Made by a program: the position numbers and the translations under genes. Positions 37,819 to 44,040 of a stretch of DNA of 44,040 nt are shown here, in pieces. Location: assembly GCF_006345805.1 (NCBI RefSeq), contig NW_021835214.1, forward strand, positions 1 to 44,040, given 5' to 3'. Within the stretch, counting starts at the first letter, position 1; each line of letters opens with the position of its first letter. The notes under the pieces are model-generated. The model was given only the letters and a program-made list of their open reading frames with translations. It had not been told where the DNA came from and searched no databases. The DNA comes from Octopus sinensis (lineage: Eukaryota).

Positions 37819-38470
37819 TCGACCCCAAAAGGATGAAAAGCAAAGTCGACCTCGTCGGAATTTGAACTCAGAACGTAACGGCAGACGAAATACCTATTTC
37901 TTTACTACCCACAAAGGACTAAACACAGAGAGGACAAACAAGAACAGACGAAGAGATTAAGTCGATTATATCGACCCTGGTGCGTAACTGGTACTTGTTT
38001 AATCGGCCCCAAAAGGATGAAAGGTAAAGTCGACCTTGGCTGAATTTGAACTCAGAACGTAACGGCAGACGAAATACCTATTTCTTTACTACCCACAAGG
38101 GACTAAACACAGAGAGGACAAACAAGGACAAACGAAGAGATTAAGTCGATTATATCGACCCCAGTGCGTAACTGGTACTTGTTTAATCGACCCCGAAAGG
38201 ATGAAAAGCAAAGCCGACCATGGCGGAATTTGAACCTATTTCTTTACTATCCACAAGGGGCTAAACACAGAGGGGACAAACAGGGACAGACAAGCGAATT
38301 AAGTCGATTATATCGACCCCAGTGCGTAACCGGTACTTAATTTATCGACCTCGAAAGGATGAAAGGCAAAGTTGACCTCGGCGGAATTTGAACTCAGAAC
38401 GTAACGGCAGCCGAAATACCGCTAAGCGTTTCGCCCGGGATGCTAACGATTCTGCCAGCTCGCCTCCTTA
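37819..38470 (-). mobile_element. Head-to-tail tandem of family A SINE: one complete copy plus three partial units
   Basis: Units start at about 37819, 37893, 38077 and 38236. The tRNA head occurs only at 38400-38470. Confidence 0.92.
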
Positions 38471-38843
38471 CCATTAAGTTATATTGATGCCATAATAACA
38501 AAACACAAAACAGTTCATTTCTTCTCTCTCTTTCTCACTCTCTCTCCCTCAACCTTCCTCTCTCTCCCTCCCTCTCTCTTACCTGCCCAAAAGGTTCAAC
38601 TACCAATGTAACGAGGTTGTTCAGCACTAAACTCTTACCATTTTCACCATGTCTTTCTTTCAGATAATAATTTAAAAGCTAATTACTAACTTCATAAAAC
38701 TAATTTTTTCTCCACAACACACACACACAAAAAAAGAAACAAACAAATATACTATTATTTCATTTTCTTTTTTAAAATTATAATCGACAAGTTTTTCTTT
38801 ACCGTATATTTAGCTTATATTTATGTGTATCTTTTCACCAATC

Positions 38844-38875
<32 letters not shown>

Positions 38876-38928
38876 TTATATATAATATATATATATATAT
38901 ATTATATATATAGCGGAGAGAGAGAGAG

Positions 38929-38974
<46 letters not shown>

Positions 38975-39377
38975 ATGGCCATGTATATATGAATATTTAT
39001 ATATAGAGATATGTATGCATATGTAGACATATATATATGTGCATGTATATAGATATATATACATACATCCATATATATATACACGCACACATACACACTC
39101 ACATATATAATATGGTTATGAATATATAATTTTATATATATTATATGTATATCTATTAATATATATTATATATATTATCTATTATATATATACTATACTA
39201 TATATTATATATATATATCTATATATAATATTATATATAATAATATACAGCGACACACTGTGAAATGACGCATTATACACATATAAATATATATTCATTT
39301 ATGGTGACTTAAACTTATACATGGTGTGTGCATGTGTGTGTGTGTTGTTGCTTTATCATCCAAATTGTTGCTGTTAT

Positions 39378-39379
39378 TC

Positions 39380-39411
<32 letters not shown>

Positions 39412-39457
39412 TTCATCATCATCATCATCATCATCATCATCTTCATCATCATCATCT

Positions 39458-39497
<40 letters not shown>

Positions 39498-39553
39498 CAT
39501 TATTTTTATTATTATTATTATTATTGTCGTTGTTCTTGTTATTGTTGTTCTTG

Positions 39554-39624
<71 letters not shown>

Positions 39625-40417
39625 ATTATCATGCTTGTTGTTCTGAAAACTTTCAACGCCTCCATACCTTGAGGGTGAAACTCCAAATTCATTAATTAAA
39701 ATTATATTGCAATATATGTATTATATATATATATATAATATTATATATTATATATATATGTATGTATATATATATATATTTGTATTTTGTTATTTTATTG
39801 AAAAAAAAATTAGTGTAAAACACAAACAGTCCTCAGACATAACTGTGTGCATACGCGCAGAGACACACAAGGAAATATATAGACATACATCGACATACAT
39901 GTGCGTATGTGTACGTGTGTCTGTGTGTCTATGTGTTGCGGTTATAGTATGGTCTCTGTAATACTTCAATTATTTGTTAGTTTTTCTTCAGTTTCATTTG
40001 TCGCTCAATGATAAAGTTAGCAGCAGTGAAAACCACAGCATTAATAATAATAATAATGATAATGATAATAATAATAATAACAAACAACAAACACAAAAAA
40101 CAACAACAACAACAACAATAACAATAAGAATAATAATAATAATAATAATAATAATAGTAATAGTATAATAATAATAATAATGATGAAATAATAATAGTTA
40201 ATAATAATAAGAAACAACAACAAACAAAAAACAACAACAACACAATAATAAATAATAATAATAATAATGATGATGATATAATAATAATAAATAATAATTA
40301 ATAATAATAATATATAATAATAATATAATATAATTATAATAATAATTACAATAATAATAATATAATAATATAATAATAATACTTATAATAATAATAATGA
40401 TAATAATTACAATAATA

Positions 40418-40458
<41 letters not shown>

Positions 40459-40495
40459 ATAATAATTATAATATAATTACAATAATAATATAATG

Positions 40496-40537
<42 letters not shown>

Positions 40538-40580
40538 ATAATAATTACAATATATATTACAATAATAATAATAATAATAA

Positions 40581-40614
<34 letters not shown>

Positions 40615-40660
40615 TAATGATGACATTAATGATAATAATGATAATAATAATAATATCAAA
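39378..40660. repeat. (CAT)n/(TTA)n tract at 39378-39630 and long (AAT)n-based tract at 40040-40660
   Basis: Read directly. Confidence 0.92.
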
Positions 40661-40663
40661 AAT

Positions 40664-41060
40664 AAGATCAGAATCAAAACTGCTGAGAAATGGTACAAGC
40701 ACCACCCTGGGGCTGTAACTGAGAGAGAAAATGTAACTATTCTTTGGGACTTCCCAGTATGTACAGATCTTCCCATCAAGGCAAATAAACCAGATATTGT
40801 TATGAAAGACAGAAGTGATAAAGTCTTTTTATTGATTGACATGGGCATACACTGTGACCATGATATCTCGGCAATAGAATTTGATATGTTCAGATAATAG
40901 AAAGATATGCTAATCGAAATCGAAAAGATGTGGCATCTGCAGACGGTTACAATGCCAATGATCGCAGAAGCACTTGGAATGGTAAAAAAAGGCACTGAAA
41001 ATTATTTAAGAATGATTCCTGGCTTACCGTCCATGGAGGAAGTGCAAAAGATTGTCTTAA
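40664..41060 (+). pseudogene. R4/Dong-clade restriction-like endonuclease (RLE) domain remnant
   Basis: One frame: KWYKHHPGAVTERENVTILWDFPVCTDLPIKANKPDIVMKDRSDKVFLLIDMG...FR**KDMLIEIEKMWHLQTVTMPMIAEALGMVKKG...EVQKIVLT. It has the KWY.H.P, WD...TD, N.PDI..D..LID and ALG motifs, with two in-frame stops. It begins directly in (AAT)n. Confidence 0.85.
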
Positions 41061-41305
41061 CATATTTTATTTGTTTTACTTTTCTATTTTTTATTTTGTC
41101 CTTTTTCTCTCTGTCTTCCTCTTTTACTCTGTCACGTGACTCTGTAAATGAACAATTTGGTGCACTTGTTTTTAATGGCCTACCAACCAATGAATAGAGT
41201 ACGTTTCTCTGCCCTAGGTGTCAGAAGGACACTCGGAAAGAAATGAAAACGCAATTGAAAGTAGATGCTAATGAAAATAATAATAATAATAATAATAATA
41301 ATAAT

Positions 41306-41817
41306 TTCTGATCTTAACTGATAGGAAGTGTTATCATGTACATTGTTTTGTCTGGGTATAAAAGATGGGCTACAGCAAATATTCTGCTCAATACCACAGA
41401 TTTGCTTGTCAGTTGTTTGACTTTAACCAGTTGAGCATGTCCCTTAGTGACTGACGATATGTGCATCTCTGATCACGAGCAGAAGTAGTCGGGGGAGCAT
41501 CATAGCCATGTGTTGAGAGGGATTCTTTGGTTTGAATAATTCACCTCTGGAGACATGGGTGGTTCTTTCAACATCCTTAAACAACCCTTATTCAGGACCT
41601 TTTGAGCGGGATGGCTACTCAACCTGAAGAAAATTCTAACTGGGCCCCACCTGCAAGGTCGTGCTGTTTATCTTGATATGAGATCACCATGTCGCGCACA
41701 TATGGTTGTGATACATGTGCCTGGTGTACCTTTATCAGACGGTAGTCATGATGGGTATATTGGCTTCGTATATTTTACCCCAGTGTCACTTGGATGGCAT
41801 GCACTGCTCTCTCACTC
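41306..41817 (+). mobile_element. About 530-bp TAA-tract-associated element, slightly 5'-truncated
   Basis: Reverse complement of 10999-11520, flanked by (TAA)n on both sides. Confidence 0.85.
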
Positions 41818-41939
41818 AATAATACTAATAATAATAATAATTACAATAAAAATTAAAATAATGATAATATATCTAATAATAATAATAATAATAATATAAT
41901 ATAATAATAATAATAATTACAATAAAAATTAAAATAATG

Positions 41940-42000
<61 letters not shown>

Positions 42001-42085
42001 TAATAATAATTACAATAAAAATAATATTTACAATAATAATAATAATAATAATAATAATAACCTTAGGGTTCGAAATTTCCCCCAA

Positions 42086-42128
42086 AACACCCGAAGAAGT
42101 CTGGAATCGTATATCAGCCGAAACGTTA
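42086..42128 (+). ncRNA. Decayed hammerhead core, same family as 37.7 kb
   Basis: aacac-CCGAAGA-A-GUCUG(gaaucguauau)CAGCC-GAAACGUU. Confidence 0.5.
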
Positions 42129-42260
42129 ACAACAAACAAGATGACAAATATCCGTCAAATGTAAATAATATAAATATTGTAAATAATTTACTCTTTTACC
42201 CCCACTTTGAAATAAGAAAGTAAAAATTCAATAATGTTGATATAGTTCAATCTTTGAGAT

Positions 42261-42960
42261 AGGCGCAGACATGGCTGTGTCACGAGGAAGCTCGCTTTTC
42301 AAACTCCTTGTTTTGGGGTTCCATCCCACGGCGCAGCACCTTTGGCAATTGTCTTTTATGTCATCACTAGAACAATCAATGCCTTGTGGGTGAATTTAGA
42401 AGACGGCAGCTGTGTTGAAGTCGGCCTTATATTTACTTGTGAGTGTGTGAATGTATGTGTGTATTTATGTATGGGGTTGTGGCTGTCTTTGTCCATATGG
42501 AAGCACTCCGTCGGTTACGACGATGAGGGTTCTGGTTGATCCGAATCAACGGAACAGCCTGCTCGTGAAATTAACGTGTAAGTGGCTGAGCACTCCACAG
42601 ACACGTGTACACTTAACGTAGTTCTCGGGGATATTCAGCGTGACACAGAGAGTGCCAAGGCCGGCCCTTTGAAATACAGGTACAACAGAAACAGGAAGAA
42701 ATAGTGAGAGAAAGTTGTGGTGAAAGAGTACAGCAGGGATCACCACCATCCCCTGCCGAAGCCTCGCGGAGCTTTTAGGTGTTTTCGCTCAATAAACACT
42801 CACAACGCCCGGTCTGGGAATCGAAACCGCGATCCTATGACCGCGAGTCCGCTGCCCTAACCACTGGGCCATTGCGCCTCCACCTTTGTCCATCACCGCT
42901 TGACGAACATTCTTCGTTAGTTTACGCCCACGTAACTTAGTGTCTGTATGTGTGTGTGAG
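42261..42960 (+). mobile_element. Old family B SINE interrupted by a family C insertion
   Basis: Head at 42261-42420. The 3' module resumes at 42894 (tttgtccatcaccgcttgac). Confidence 0.6.
42497..42883 (-). mobile_element. SINE family C, full length, with a 10-bp target-site duplication
   Basis: ctttgtccat at 42487-42496 and 42884-42893. Head ggaggcgcaatggcccagtggttagggcagcggactcgcggtc...ggtttcgattccc is tRNA-like, possibly tRNA-Arg. Confidence 0.92.
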
Positions 42961-43219
42961 TATTATCTTTTATTTGTTTCGGTCGTTAGTTTGCGGCCAG
43001 GCTGGGATTAATCTTCTCGTTTATTTTTTTTTGTCAAACGAATCGACCGGAGTGATACGCTACTTTTCTCTCCAATGTCTTTTGCCGAATCCCAAGACTA
43101 CAGGGACGTAAAGACACCGATAACAGTTCTTCCAAGATGGCGGGGAATAAATACAAGCACAAAGAATTAACATACATACAGATATGTATTTTACCTTGCA
43201 TATGTGTGTGTGTGTGTGT

Positions 43220-43252
<33 letters not shown>

Positions 43253-43666
43253 GTGTATACGATAGCATCTTTCTCTTTTTGTCTACCAAATCCTCCCTAA
43301 ATGCATTATAGATATGTATATATATATACTTGCATATATACATATGTATATATATAATCAAAAATAAGCAGCAAGAATGACTCTGGTAATTTGGTACAAT
43401 TGTTTCGCACTACATCATTTTATTAAAAGTTGTAAGGATTACAGCAGGTTTAAGATGCTGAGTGGTCATCAGCCAATTATATAGGTTTTCCAATAATACA
43501 AAGGCTTTCAAATCAAGTAGTAACATTATAGAGAAGGTATATATATACGTATATATCTCTCTATATATATATACATATATATATATATGCATATATATAT
43601 ACCTGCATATATACATATATATTTATATATCTACATGCATATATATATACCTGGATACGTGCATAT

Positions 43667-43715
<49 letters not shown>

Positions 43716-44040
43716 AAGGAGGAGAAAGAGAGCGAGAGAGAGAGTGAGAGTCTGGCCTATAAAAGAAGGTAGTCGCCCAAGGTACCACACAGTGGGACTG
43801 AACTCAGAAACACCTAGTTGCCAGGCGAGCTACATACGCGCCTCGGTGTGTGCATGCGCGAGGTTGTCTTGTGTGTTTGCGTATTTTTTAGTGTGCAGAG
43901 AACATCATATAGATTACTCCCTATTTGGACAAAATTTGCTGGAATGAAAACCTAAAGAGTAAACCCAATATTTTATCGTTTATAATTTGTGGATTAATAC
44001 AGTGCCAAAGTAAACAGCGTAATAACTTTATAATTTTGGG

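Noticed and set aside
24296-38470. CRISPR-like arrays at the tandem repeats
   Set aside because: The context is eukaryotic, the units are contiguous SINE or Helitron-like fragments without unique spacers, and there are no cas genes.
12280-42883. tRNA genes at the A/B-box-containing heads
   Set aside because: All continue into SINE bodies and lack a proper acceptor stem, so they are SINE heads.
631-43788. Dozens of long ORFs in the track (poly-I/L, MYVC, HTYI, YLSI, poly-V/G)
   Set aside because: They are translations of stop-free microsatellites, with no splice or codon evidence.

Overview
This is a repeat-saturated, AT-rich eukaryotic window with no complete protein-coding gene. It is intergenic or intronic and most likely from a coleoid cephalopod (Octopus); that is an inference from the extreme microsatellite load and the SINE/LINE types. 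Most long ORFs in the supplied track are simple-repeat translations. The window holds at least four tRNA-derived SINE families, some nested, dimeric or in tandem arrays. It also holds decayed non-LTR retrotransposons (R4/Dong-like, RTE-like, CR1-group), a roughly 530-bp element repeatedly inserted in TAA tracts, Helitron-like and Tc1-like remnants, and a 3.5-kb CCA minisatellite. One short candidate terminal exon sits at the left edge. The most notable signals are several hammerhead-ribozyme-like cores of the Penelope-like element (PLE) type, six fold-back palindromes, and a 351-bp circularly permuted unit with a roughly 345-bp inverted copy. Family names come from my recall of motifs, not from database searches. 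Coordinates of decayed elements are approximate.
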